A program made the position numbers and the translations under genes. A DNA stretch of 64,000 nt from an archaeon. Lineage in GTDB: Archaea; Undinarchaeota; Undinarchaeia; Undinarchaeales; JBDRKL01. How positions within the stretch are numbered: position 1 is the stretch's first letter; each line of letters starts with the position of its first letter. The stretch spans positions 32,001-96,000 of the forward strand of contig JBDRKL010000010.1 in the NCBI GenBank assembly GCA_043814055.1, in the 5' to 3' direction. This document shows, one piece after another, positions 30,301-39,157 of this stretch. The notes under the pieces were generated by a model. It searched no databases. It had not been told where the DNA came from and saw nothing but the letters and a program-made list of their open reading frames with translations.

Positions 30301-33300
30301 GGGCTGTATGAGGGCAACATGACCGCGCCGCAAAGCGGAAATTACATTGCCAACATAACTGCATTTGACTCTGTCGGGCTGAGCAGCCAGGCCAATATTT
30401 CCATAGAGATAAACTCAGTTAAGCCGGACCTGAGCATAAGCCCGGGCGATATCGTGTACGCGCCGGCTGAGCCAAAGGACGGCAGTATTGTTGTTGTAAA
30501 TGCCACGATTTACAACTTCGGCGAGACTGCAGCAAATAACTTTGGGCTGGAGCTGCTCATTGACGGGGTTTCAAGCGAGGCAAAAATTATTTCAGTCCCA
30601 GCAATGTCTGCCACGATGGTGCAATTTGAGTGGGCTGCTGCCTACGGTCAGCACGAAGTTAAAGTGCGCGCTGACTACACCAATGCCCTAGATGAGTGGG
30701 ATGAGTCAAATAATGAGGCTGGGTTCACCTTAACTGTGATAGACGCTGTGCCTCCAACAATACACAGCATATCGGTTGAGCCTATGATAGTGCATGAGGG
30801 GGACATTGTCTATGTCAGTGCCAATGTTACTGACAACGTTGAAGTGAAGCAGGTCAAGGCAGAAGTTGGCACTGCCAGCAAGGTACTTATGTATAACAAC
30901 GAGTCTGGGCTATATGAGGGCACGATAACAGCGCCTTTTAAGGGATTCTACCATGTCGTGGTTACTGCAACTGACAGGGATGGCCTGGTAAGCTCCAGGC
31001 AGGCAGGGCTCAATGTGAATAGCAATAAGATAGACCTTGTAGTGGGCACTGCTGACATCGCCTTCCTCCCAGCAAGCCCGAGAGATGGTGAGTTTGTTAA
31101 TATTAAGGCGACCATCCACAATACTGGTGCTGCAGACGCAGACAACTTTATAGCAGAGTTCCTGGTTGATGGCAATTCGCATGAAACTGTCAATGTTTCT
31201 GTTCCAGCAAAATCCCAGGCACTGGCAGAATTCACCTGGGTTGCCAGCTATGGCACGCACACGCTTTCAATCAATGCAGATTCAGAAAATATCATTGCAG
31301 AGGTTAATGAAACCAATAACCTGGCTGGGAAGGTTCTGCTGGTTCCGGATACTATTCCGCCGACAATAGAGAGCATAACCAATAGCCCCGAAATAGTCCA
31401 CGAGAGCAACCTTGTCACAATAGAAGCTGTTGTTACAGATAACCGCGGCATAGATGTGGTAATTGCAGAATTAAATGGTGCAAACATAAGTCTTTCGCCT
31501 GATTCAGGCGCATATACAGGTGTGCTAACCGCTCCTGCTGAAGGGAAATATAACGTCAAGGTAACTGCTTTTGATGACAGCAGCTTGTCCAGCACGCGGC
31601 AGGAGCCGCTTGCTGTGCATAGCATTAAGCCGGATATCCAGATAAGAGAGGAAAATGTCACCTTTGTCCCAGAGAATCCTGTTGATGAGTCTGTGCTGAG
31701 GATAAGCGTTGTGCTGTATAACACAGGTGCAAGCAGCACGGGCAGTTTTGAGGCAGGGCTTATTATAGATAACAAGGCAGTGCAAAGCAATACTATTTCA
31801 GTGGAAGCAGGTTCTAATGTGAGCACAGAATTTTCTTGGAATGCCACTTATGGCAACCACACCCTGAAGATAAAGGCAGACACCAAGAATGATGTAGCTG
31901 AGATAAATGAGTCAAATAACGAGTACACAAAAGAACTATTTATCCCTGACATTACCCCGCCGGACTCTCCAGTGGTTAGCGCAGACCCCAGCAGCTGGGC
32001 CGCAGACAGCACGCACAAAATATCCTGGGGCAAGATACAAGACCGCAACGGCATAGACCGCTATGAGTACCAGATTGATTATGGTGAGTGGCATAGTGTC
32101 GGGGCTTCTGATAGTTTCAAGACACCAGAGCAGGCAGAGGGAATCCATACTATTTATGTCAGGGCAGTTGATGGGGCCGGCTTGGCCGGCAAGCCCGGGA
32201 ATACCAGCATTTACATAGACCAGAGCGCGCCAAACACACCTGTTACAAAGGAATGGCACAGCGGGAAAAGCTGGAGCGCACACGATACGCCCTATTACGC
32301 TTGGTCTGACCCAGGGGATTTAGGAAGCGGAGTAGCCAGCTATTTGGTAAGTGTTGACAACCAAACGCCAGTCAGCGTAGGGAATACGTCCTACCACCCA
32401 ACATTAGGAACCGGTATGCATACTTTCAAAGTCAAGGCAGTTGATGCGCTTGGGCATGAAAGCGCTTGGTCTGATATAATAACAGTTTATATAGACACAA
32501 CATCACCGAGGGTACTAGATGTGGGCTCTCCAACCCACCCGGATCAAGAAACAGTCTACATGGATAATATGCCTTACTTCAATTGGACTGAACCAAGTGA
32601 CAACTCAGGAATTTATGGCTATTACTATCTTATAGACAATCTTGAGGGCACAATCCCAACTGAACTGTACTCCTGGGCTCCTGAACCTTTTGTAAACTTT
32701 ACAGGATTTGGCAATCAGGTATATTCAGGCGCAACAAAGAAAGAGATGGGCTTGCCTGATGGCACATGGTACTTCCATGTAAGGGCAATAGACGTGGTTG
32801 GAAATCTTGGGGCAGCCACTCACTACAAGGTAAACATCCTGACGAACGACCCGCCTGAGATTACTTTGTTGCAGCCAAATGGCGGTGAAATGTGGAGTGG
32901 GGTGAAAGAGATAGCTTGGAACGCTTCTGACCCTGATGGTAATTTGCTTGAGTTTAGCGTTTCATACAGCACGGATGGGCTCGTTTATACCGAGATTGGT
33001 AACACAACTGAATTAAGTTATGGGTGGGACACTTCCACAGTAGAGGATATAGACACCTACACGATAAAAGTCGTTGCGAGCGATGGCAATGCAACTAGCG
33101 AAGACACTTCCGATATAAACTTCCTGATAGACAACACCAAGCCGGAAACAACAGACAATCACGACGAAGCGTGGCACACCCAGGAGGTAACAATAGAACT
33201 GGATGCAAACGATTCTTTCTCTGGTATTGCCGATACCTATTACATCATATACCAGGATGAAACGCCGCAGGAAACAAAGACAGTTAGCAGTGATGGCCAG

Positions 33301-34050
33301 CCGGTTGTGTCTTATGAGGATGATGACAACTGGGTTGAGTACTGGAGCATGGACAAAGCAGGGAACGAAGAGGGGCACAAGTTCGCCAAGAATATCAAAC
33401 TCGACAAAACCGCACCCAGCGTGAACATCTGGCTCGACCCAGCTCAAGAAGAGTACCCGAACACAGAACCACTCCCAGTACAACACTCAGCAACAGACCC
33501 GCAAGTCCAAGGCACGCCAAGCGGCATCGTGCAGACAACCTTTGACATAGACAGCACTCAGATTGAAGACCCAGCGAACATCTACAACTGGCTCGGAACA
33601 CACACAATAACACTGACAGCGACAGACATCGCAGGGAACATCAACGCTGCGCAGGTAGGATTCAACGTATACCTGCAGCTAATTGGCGAGGGACAAATAA
33701 AAATAACGCCAGAAGTTCTGAAAGTCAACCCAGGACTTCTAACCGCGCACACAACATTCCCAGAACCATACACAGGAGCTGAAATACTCAGCGCAACCTG
33801 CGACTACGCCACACACGACCAAATCGCAGACACGAACATCAAATTCAGACGCGAGGATGTTGAAACGGCGCTTGCTACGCGGGGAGAGGTACTTGACACA
33901 CACTTTGAAGTAGAAGGAACATTTGAGCACAATGACAATGTCTACAAGTTCAAGGGAAGCGATGATATAAGTAAAATAGTCAGTGCGGAAGAAACTGAGA
34001 CTGGAGAAATAGCCAGTGAAGAAGGAATAGGGGAAGAGGCGATACAATAG
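24367..34050 (+). CDS. Giant secreted surface protein (C-half C25-like, PPC-like, poly-Gly, 4x CARDB, 5x PKD/Ig, 2x LamG, Ig/Fn3-like)
   Basis: Signal peptide; AVGRI..YELYGDP; LSW..NLDLTLVDPNG; PDL...ExNExNN x4; WxSSxDGxxGxG..GxHxITLT x5; LamG motifs (ALEFD, WHYI, IDEV). Confidence 0.85.
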   Translation: MNSNLKPPLLAALIIALLLVVPALALEPDYESAAVGRIVGDTATEMASVLDSGDFSFQHATFYSNNGLPYSPAMDTKYVLGAYFPSQLTSQINGWSWSDVSSSMSSWKNNEMFIVEADSMFSSGDLKVKDSPYYGTSYLEASDVSGWKSSFSAKDPLFVFDAEYAGLYLPKSFDSTDSFVGQLGQDSSIIAPTAVPSDEFVKSLVCSMYYSDGSLGTAFRDARNSYYRNAENYGELPGLSLMSYELYGDPSASFSMPGSPSPSAVDQYCYPYTEGGTVNVPMEIDITKKGAVADDEVWKVQLSVGNIKNLRVKLSWAQTNANLDLTLVDPNGKSYSPSSTGSSNEEVTVWNFASNLRNKPWIVKVTGTNVPSSIGYAKFDVLATSPSDESGGGGGGGGGGGGGGAGGVNLTSISLNYLSACSPENGLTFVIKGTKAGEGDEIIVNPDQAAGEALKYFKTGLVIPNYAQWITMDFKPGHLDWDNCGTVERVDPIFRQTEVARVMFDADVKLKFDEFGSVSETLQKEMRQYWIDDIQAGPYWSELSAKGFNEFPDYKRRAYIHPAAFEVNGSGCNIFISEAKMNVTHVFDWVVLDTARYSLSPEVQAYLDQRLENWENVFQMRQETELVSKHLESLNNDPKYAEMRRVYTALALVQWYKQQDRSKIPFGDIIDSNNISGLESDPLFDQSYWDAQACQFMFTTPMPCGFYGGTCNWDFGGGVSLGSVPPDVLGELDGQISELMSEAITAPYVQEGNDYYFGGEIVANEPDLKPVGMGFSELSPATQETINITADLANTGRTGSAGFTARFYDKYTYPNGHVAAYLIGDASAPPLDAGASEAVSVSWSTGDLLGTHEIYVKVDYNGEVDESNELNNLLIKELAVVDPNPTAMIMYPKNGAGFSQGSIVALSGIGSDEQDGFLPESSIGWSSSIDGGLGTGFRLELSNLSAGTHTITLTVTDSTGLRDSKQVALTIYKPDYPRVLLSSPTEGQKFAEGELVYFTGSAFDPEDGVLPDSSLAWSSSIDGELGTGKSIMSTGLSVGTHIITLSATDSSSLTSTANTSIVVEEGSPVASIASPASGNKYFQEKDISFNGSGSDLQDGSLPGSSLSWLSSSDGYLGLGATISKALTSGTHVITLTATDSHGLTGTSQATIEVLPPGYAYSSIMSPRSGQEFIHGSTITFTASGEGAQGSLPSSAFAWSSSIDGAIGTGNSFNFDSTTLSVGEHEITLTVNSSGGLVSALKTDINITPAPPVASIVSPSAGQAFAAGEDTILFNGSAVDLEDGVLGGDSLVWSSSIEGGIGTGALFNRTNLSVGTHKITLTATDSDGKQGTAEANVVVVGIGEATLIIFSDGSAVKNFTFSSAGSQVASLKIPKEGDVTYATVQIEGKTAGGYYGGGSPNLVSYFKFEESSGQTAIDSSTYQNHGQLGSTNGTDSSDPTRVNGLIGKALEFDRSDDFVSVPDDDSLDFGTGSFTVEFWMKHNTIVRSSEAGDEEYAVIKMNFGNHEGFYIRMDPYQSTAGQLVFRVRDTIPSTTDLHSQVALDDNKWHYIACVKNGTSSQKIYVDGVEKASGTPPAGSTSHNQDLFIGSSLQANRVWGGIIDEVRISNVALSASEISGHYAHAVNWIGYWNFDEGSGQIVGDKSNNNHNGMLGASENIDNDDPLWVGGISESALEFDGNNDIAKISAGTWDDFGSNSFTVGFWAKTNELFTDSIHLLVHNMQYSGGPNALGWDIGILKNGSVLLDIRDGHDEAQAYSNSVISDGTWHYIVGVRDGSSIKIYIDGKKEATSDCSNVDSTSNSDPIRIGGRYPSESYYFYKGAIDEVMLWDYALSDVEIQELYPGSSLSYPLNPSLDAGSDGNSEWSYAGAFGAKETTQDFHSELNEHLLACTPVNNMCTIPLKVSSKSAGILELSNISIQYSIVDKYPPVIHSIVIIQNTYKPGELLKIKANVSDNVEVQRVETALSNSIVQLAYNEVTGLYEGNMTAPQSGNYIANITAFDSVGLSSQANISIEINSVKPDLSISPGDIVYAPAEPKDGSIVVVNATIYNFGETAANNFGLELLIDGVSSEAKIISVPAMSATMVQFEWAAAYGQHEVKVRADYTNALDEWDESNNEAGFTLTVIDAVPPTIHSISVEPMIVHEGDIVYVSANVTDNVEVKQVKAEVGTASKVLMYNNESGLYEGTITAPFKGFYHVVVTATDRDGLVSSRQAGLNVNSNKIDLVVGTADIAFLPASPRDGEFVNIKATIHNTGAADADNFIAEFLVDGNSHETVNVSVPAKSQALAEFTWVASYGTHTLSINADSENIIAEVNETNNLAGKVLLVPDTIPPTIESITNSPEIVHESNLVTIEAVVTDNRGIDVVIAELNGANISLSPDSGAYTGVLTAPAEGKYNVKVTAFDDSSLSSTRQEPLAVHSIKPDIQIREENVTFVPENPVDESVLRISVVLYNTGASSTGSFEAGLIIDNKAVQSNTISVEAGSNVSTEFSWNATYGNHTLKIKADTKNDVAEINESNNEYTKELFIPDITPPDSPVVSADPSSWAADSTHKISWGKIQDRNGIDRYEYQIDYGEWHSVGASDSFKTPEQAEGIHTIYVRAVDGAGLAGKPGNTSIYIDQSAPNTPVTKEWHSGKSWSAHDTPYYAWSDPGDLGSGVASYLVSVDNQTPVSVGNTSYHPTLGTGMHTFKVKAVDALGHESAWSDIITVYIDTTSPRVLDVGSPTHPDQETVYMDNMPYFNWTEPSDNSGIYGYYYLIDNLEGTIPTELYSWAPEPFVNFTGFGNQVYSGATKKEMGLPDGTWYFHVRAIDVVGNLGAATHYKVNILTNDPPEITLLQPNGGEMWSGVKEIAWNASDPDGNLLEFSVSYSTDGLVYTEIGNTTELSYGWDTSTVEDIDTYTIKVVASDGNATSEDTSDINFLIDNTKPETTDNHDEAWHTQEVTIELDANDSFSGIADTYYIIYQDETPQETKTVSSDGQPVVSYEDDDNWVEYWSMDKAGNEEGHKFAKNIKLDKTAPSVNIWLDPAQEEYPNTEPLPVQHSATDPQVQGTPSGIVQTTFDIDSTQIEDPANIYNWLGTHTITLTATDIAGNINAAQVGFNVYLQLIGEGQIKITPEVLKVNPGLLTAHTTFPEPYTGAEILSATCDYATHDQIADTNIKFRREDVETALATRGEVLDTHFEVEGTFEHNDNVYKFKGSDDISKIVSAEETETGEIASEEGIGEEAIQ

Positions 34051-34173
34051 CTTAGACTAGTGGGTTTTGCGGGACTACCCTAAAGTGGCAGATTGTTCAG
34101 GCATTCCGTCCTTTCCGTGAACGCTGTTAAAAAATCTTTATAAAGGTGGAACTACACTTTTATTTAGATAAAG

Positions 34174-37100
34174 ATGGCTTTAAAATCTCAGCTTAAATCT
34201 AGATTTCTTATAATCTCCATTATTTTTTTCCTGCTCTTCGGGGCTGTGGCGGTTTTTGCAGTTTATACCCCAACACCATCCGCGCCAATGCTTTGCACTC
34301 CTGATGTTGCGCACGACAAAGTAAGTTGCAGGGTTGGCGGAGACGGCAACAGGGACCCGTCTTTCTCCTGGCGCGACGGAATAAACATAGACCCAGTCAG
34401 CCAGTATTGGTCTGGGGACAACCCTGGCATGCGAATTGTTGGCCTTGATATTCCAAACAAATGCAAGATAGACCTCAGAATAGAAGGCATTTTGTGCAAC
34501 CGGCTAGACCCTTTTCCCTCATTTGAAGTGCACAAGGAGGGCACAGTCAGCGGTAATGCGTGCTTTATGGACATGGTTGACTTGCCTTTTGGGGTGGGTG
34601 GGATTTGGAACGGGTGCACAGACGTTAATGCCCCGCCTTTTGTTAACGGGGGAGTGACCTATTATTATGAAGAGCCAGCACCAGTATGCAATGATGAGTG
34701 CAGTACAGGCCAATATTCCTGTAATGGCAGTGCGCGAATTGAGTGCGGCAACTTTGACGGGGATTCCTGTCTTGAGTGGGGCAATAAGATTGATTGTGAG
34801 TATGGATGTGCGCTTGGGGTTTGCGAAGAGCCAGAACCCTTATTATATAATATTTCAGAAAAGCTTTATTTCCAGGCAGAGCCTTATCTGGAAAATACCT
34901 ATGTTAATATGGAAGATGAGTGGCAAAAAATAAGCCTCTCTCAATACCAGAAGGTCACCGCCACCGAGCCGTCATTTTTCTTTATGCAGGTTGATGAGAA
35001 CACACGAACCTTTGCGTATGATTATCCCTCTGCTTCTCTGGGTGTAAGCGACAGCTGGGCTGAGCGAAAAGCGAAAATATACGTTGAGCATCCAAAGGGC
35101 TATTCTATGAGTGGAGCATCGGTTTACACAAGCATACCTGTTAGCGATACTATTTCAATATGTGTTGGTAACGCGGTCAATGACAAGATAAACAACCTGC
35201 CAATAGAAGTTTTTGAGACACTTGGCAAAAAAGCCATTGAAGAAGCAGCCAAAGAAGGGGTTATCTGGGCTTCAGGAGTTGGCATACTCCTCGAGTCAAA
35301 GAAAGCGATGGATGTTGCAAAATTTGTTGCCTGTACTCAGGAAGATGAGAATAATTATGTTTATATTGGCACGACAAACGAGGACGGCTATGCAGAGGTC
35401 TGGCTTAGGGAAGGTCAGGATACAGAGATGATGGCTCGTTGGTATGATCTTAACACGCTCTACGGCGGGGTTTCTGTTGTGAATCAATACGGATTCCAGG
35501 GCTCAAAGAACGTGAAAATTGAAGAATGGATGGGTGGAGTTCCTGAATTCACGATAAGCACAAAGGGCAAGGCGCGTGTAATAACTATTCGCGACGAGAC
35601 TCAGAAGGATATCGACGAAGAGTTAGAGCAAATTTCCAGCTTCTTTGAGAACGAATACGGCATTGAAGTGAATCACTGGACTGCTGATGACTGGGCTTAC
35701 GCTCCAAAACCGCCTGTTGGCGGGGATGGTACTGACTTGAAAATTTACCTTGCACGCCTGGATTCCCTGCCTGGTGGTTCGCCAAATAATATTGGAGTGA
35801 ACTTCCAGAACTACAATCCAACCCTAGTTTATGAGGGTGTTGCGTGGCAGGTTTTTGATGGCACTAATTGGTATGAAGGTGATGTTTTTGGACTGGTTGC
35901 TGCCGAATCAAGCTTAAAGAAATTTTTAATAGCTGGCCTTGGTAAAAACGGATTTGAAACTGCTGTTGACGCATTCACATCAAAAGAAATGAACAAGGTC
36001 GTCAAGTGGACAGATCCTGTGCAATATGAAACTCTCAAATCGCACGTTTATCAGATTAAAGGCGCAAGCACAGTAGATATCTGGGAAGCAAAAGTTTGTA
36101 TTTCAGGCCCTAAAGACGATTGCAAAAACACAAACTCAAATGGAATTGCAGATTTTGGAAAAGTTCCAACAGGAACTTACACAATCAGTGTTGAAAAGAA
36201 AGGTTATTCAGTTGATTCAACAACTCCTTCTCCACGCCAAGTTGATTTAAACAGCCCAGGCTCAACCCAGTGGGTGAACTTTGGGATGACTGCTAACGAG
36301 TGGAATTACGAAATGCCAGAAGAAGTCCGAGTAAGTGAGCGATTCTATGTATACACCAACTTCACAAACGTGGGTGACGAGCTTGTTGAGTTCTCCTACA
36401 GCACAGAGCTTCGCGGCGCAAAGTTCACGCGGCTTATGCTTCAAGGAACAACAGTCTTCCTTGCTCCTGGAAATTCAGAGCGCGCCCGATGGGAATTCAG
36501 CGCAGACCAGGAAGGCGAAGGAACGCTATGGATAATCAAGGGCAATCAGGAAATAAATACAGGCAAGAAAATCAAGGTCGGTCCACTGCCTGATTTGGTT
36601 GCTTACATCCAGAAAATAGATGTGTGGGACTACGGCGGGCGAGTGGGGACTGATTTCCAGGTGAGTGTGGAGGTTAGGAACCGGGAGAACTACTCCGTCA
36701 ACATTACAGTTGAAATGGTAAACAAGAGCAATAACGCTGTTCTCGAAAAACATAGTTTGATACAGGTGCCCTATGGGTGGAGCATATACGGTTTTCAGGT
36801 TTGGCGCGAGGCAAATCCAGTTGATTACGTGTTCAATGTACGGTATGACGGCGCGGTAATTGACAGCAAGGACTTTACAGCTCAGGCAGGCACACAGGTT
36901 AATGTGCCTCCTGCGCCAACCAGCATAGGAGGCGGCTCTCCAAGCGTTAGAAGCCCAGCGCCTGCGAACTTGCCAGCAGATGCACCAATCGCAGGTGATA
37001 GCTCAAGTGGATCTCAAAACGCACTGCCTTCAATGCCACGCAATATCCAGCAAGATACATTTTCTACACCTGCTCAAAATGGGCCAACTGGAATGATTTC

Positions 37101-37182
37101 AGCAATAAGCAGCTTTCCAGCCCATATTGTTAATGTTTTGAACAATGCCTGGAGCTTTATTATAGGATTATTTAGCTGGTGA
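34174..37182 (+). CDS. Large secreted surface protein with Cys-rich repeat, carboxypeptidase-regulatory-like Ig domain and C-terminal PTGMIS + amphipathic helix
   Basis: Signal peptide; CNDEC..C..CGNFDGDSCLEW..C..GC; TNSNG..GTYTISVEKKGY; Pro/Ser linker; own TATA (CTTTATAAAG ~34136). Confidence 0.75.
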   Translation: MALKSQLKSRFLIISIIFFLLFGAVAVFAVYTPTPSAPMLCTPDVAHDKVSCRVGGDGNRDPSFSWRDGINIDPVSQYWSGDNPGMRIVGLDIPNKCKIDLRIEGILCNRLDPFPSFEVHKEGTVSGNACFMDMVDLPFGVGGIWNGCTDVNAPPFVNGGVTYYYEEPAPVCNDECSTGQYSCNGSARIECGNFDGDSCLEWGNKIDCEYGCALGVCEEPEPLLYNISEKLYFQAEPYLENTYVNMEDEWQKISLSQYQKVTATEPSFFFMQVDENTRTFAYDYPSASLGVSDSWAERKAKIYVEHPKGYSMSGASVYTSIPVSDTISICVGNAVNDKINNLPIEVFETLGKKAIEEAAKEGVIWASGVGILLESKKAMDVAKFVACTQEDENNYVYIGTTNEDGYAEVWLREGQDTEMMARWYDLNTLYGGVSVVNQYGFQGSKNVKIEEWMGGVPEFTISTKGKARVITIRDETQKDIDEELEQISSFFENEYGIEVNHWTADDWAYAPKPPVGGDGTDLKIYLARLDSLPGGSPNNIGVNFQNYNPTLVYEGVAWQVFDGTNWYEGDVFGLVAAESSLKKFLIAGLGKNGFETAVDAFTSKEMNKVVKWTDPVQYETLKSHVYQIKGASTVDIWEAKVCISGPKDDCKNTNSNGIADFGKVPTGTYTISVEKKGYSVDSTTPSPRQVDLNSPGSTQWVNFGMTANEWNYEMPEEVRVSERFYVYTNFTNVGDELVEFSYSTELRGAKFTRLMLQGTTVFLAPGNSERARWEFSADQEGEGTLWIIKGNQEINTGKKIKVGPLPDLVAYIQKIDVWDYGGRVGTDFQVSVEVRNRENYSVNITVEMVNKSNNAVLEKHSLIQVPYGWSIYGFQVWREANPVDYVFNVRYDGAVIDSKDFTAQAGTQVNVPPAPTSIGGGSPSVRSPAPANLPADAPIAGDSSSGSQNALPSMPRNIQQDTFSTPAQNGPTGMISAISSFPAHIVNVLNNAWSFIIGLFSW

Positions 37183-37183
37183 G

Positions 37184-37519
37184 CTAAATAACAATCTCCA
37201 GGTCGTTGACGCTTTTGCGTCCAAGGGCAGTTGCGAGAGCTTGCTTCTTTTCCTGCAGGTCCAGAACTGACATATTTGGAAGGCTTACAATCACAATCGG
37301 CTTGCCCAGCTCATCCTCGCCAATTGTAATATCCTGCAGTTTTAGCTGAACGTCCGCAATGCTGTTCACACGCTCAATAAAAGTCCTGAACTTGCTGGGT
37401 TTTGTGAGCATAGTGCTCTTCTGTTCCAGCAGATTGCGCTCGGTGTAGCCTTCAAGCAGCCTAAATTTTACATTTATCATGCTTCTAATCGCCATATTAA
37501 CATCCTCAGAAATGCTCAA
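37184..37519 (-). CDS. Hypothetical protein
   Basis: 111-aa ORF overlapping the upstream gene's end. Confidence 0.6.
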   Translation of the reverse strand: MSISEDVNMAIRSMINVKFRLLEGYTERNLLEQKSTMLTKPSKFRTFIERVNSIADVQLKLQDITIGEDELGKPIVIVSLPNMSVLDLQEKKQALATALGRKSVNDLEIVI

Positions 37520-38564
37520 TAAGCTCTCTTAGTATGTGCCGTTTCTCAACATAGAGCTGAAGTATTGCCTGGGCGAGTCCTAGCACTAAAGGTCCAATGA
37601 CTATGCCCTTCATGCCCATTATGAGCGGCCCGCATATGAATCCCAGAATTATAAGCATTGGATGTATCTCAGAGCCAATCATTACCAGCTTCGGCCTTAT
37701 GTAAAAGTCCGGGATGAGTGTCAAAACTATTGCGCCGAATGCCAGAAACACAAGCCCGCCTGTTGGGTCACCTAGGAACATTATGTGCCAGAGCCCCAGC
37801 GGGACATACATGAACCACGGTCCAATCAGCGGCAGGAATGCTATGATAAACATCATTATTGTTAGCAGTCCCAGGAATAGCATATCAGGCCTGAATATTG
37901 CCCAGTACCCTGCCCCGAACAAGAGCGCTATTATCACTGACGTGAAAAAGTGCCCGACAAACAGGCCATAGCATATCTTGTGGAACGACATCATTAGTTC
38001 TTGTATGAATTTTTCGCGCTTTGGAATCTGTGTGTCTAGGAATTTCTTGACAAGCGGAGCCTCAAATACGAAATAGAACGCTGATATGAAGAAAATCGCG
38101 AATTTAAGGAATATTTCTATGAGCCAGGTCGGATGGAGCACATTGGCCCCTATGCCGTTTGTGAAACTTATGAGAAGTTTTCCAACTTCAGAAGCAATCC
38201 GCTCGCTTACAATGCTAAGCCCTGCTGCGTCCAGCCCAATCTTGAGGTCAGACAGGAACCTGCCGGACTGGATGTGCTGCATGTTATTTATGAACCAGTG
38301 GAGCATATAGTTGATGCCGTACACTGTGGCGAGTATCAATGGCACCATTACGATTATGACAGCAGTGAGCGAGGCCATTAGCCAGCGCATACGCGGTTCA
38401 GTCTTGCCCTTGTTGAGCTTCTTAGCTACTGGGAATGTAATGTACGCAAGCGCAAGCCCAAATAAAAGAACATCCAAGAATCGCCATATTACAACCAGAG
38501 ACATTGCAAGTATGAGTATTAATAGGGCTAATCCAAAAAATTTCCAGCTTCTAGTTTGTGTCAT
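37506..38564 (-). CDS. AI-2E (PerM) family transporter
   Basis: LAYITFP, FLPLIGP, DFYIRPKL, IHP, GIVIGPL. Confidence 0.85.
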   Translation of the reverse strand: MTQTRSWKFFGLALLILILAMSLVVIWRFLDVLLFGLALAYITFPVAKKLNKGKTEPRMRWLMASLTAVIIVMVPLILATVYGINYMLHWFINNMQHIQSGRFLSDLKIGLDAAGLSIVSERIASEVGKLLISFTNGIGANVLHPTWLIEIFLKFAIFFISAFYFVFEAPLVKKFLDTQIPKREKFIQELMMSFHKICYGLFVGHFFTSVIIALLFGAGYWAIFRPDMLFLGLLTIMMFIIAFLPLIGPWFMYVPLGLWHIMFLGDPTGGLVFLAFGAIVLTLIPDFYIRPKLVMIGSEIHPMLIILGFICGPLIMGMKGIVIGPLVLGLAQAILQLYVEKRHILRELIEHF

Positions 38565-38647
38565 CTATCTCCCGGTTCTTGTATTGCGTATTTAGGTATT
38601 TAAAGGTAGTGATAATGCTTTTATACCTGAAATCTTTATACACAGTT

Positions 38648-39157
38648 ATGGATAAAGACACAATTCATTTTATATTAACTGGTGGAACTATTGATAGTTA
38701 CTTGGATGGTAAAAAAGATGCAATAGTTACTCTGAAAAAATCATTTTTACCAGAGTATCTGAACTCATTATCTCTCTATATTAAATTCAAGTTCACTGAG
38801 CTTTTTATGAAGGACAGCCGGCAGATAACCGAAGCTGACTTAAAATTAATCAAAAAAACTATAGATGGGTCTGAATACAAAAAAATTATTCTCACACACG
38901 GAACTTACACAATGGCAGATACTGCAAGATATTTGAAGGCAAATCTAAAACGAAAAGATCAAGTAGTAGTTTTAATGGGTTCATTCTTGCCTCTGAAAGA
39001 ATTCCCTCTTTCTGATGGTGCATTTAACTTGGGTTTTGCAATAGCAAAAGCGCAAACCTTGAAACCCGGGGTTTACATCTTTATGAACGGTAAGGAATTC
39101 GAGGCAGACGAAGCTGCAAAATTAGTAAGTGAAGGTCGATTTATATCGGTTAAGTGA
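38648..39157 (+). CDS. Asparaginase N-terminal domain protein (short type)
   Basis: TGGTID, MKDS, THGTYTM, SDGAFNLG, GVYIxMNG. ATG 38648 is preferred. Confidence 0.85.
   Translation: MDKDTIHFILTGGTIDSYLDGKKDAIVTLKKSFLPEYLNSLSLYIKFKFTELFMKDSRQITEADLKLIKKTIDGSEYKKIILTHGTYTMADTARYLKANLKRKDQVVVLMGSFLPLKEFPLSDGAFNLGFAIAKAQTLKPGVYIFMNGKEFEADEAAKLVSEGRFISVK

Noticed and set aside
21033-37182. Integrated mobile element or provirus carrying the surface locus
   Set aside because: No integrase, transposase, capsid gene or flanking att repeats seen.
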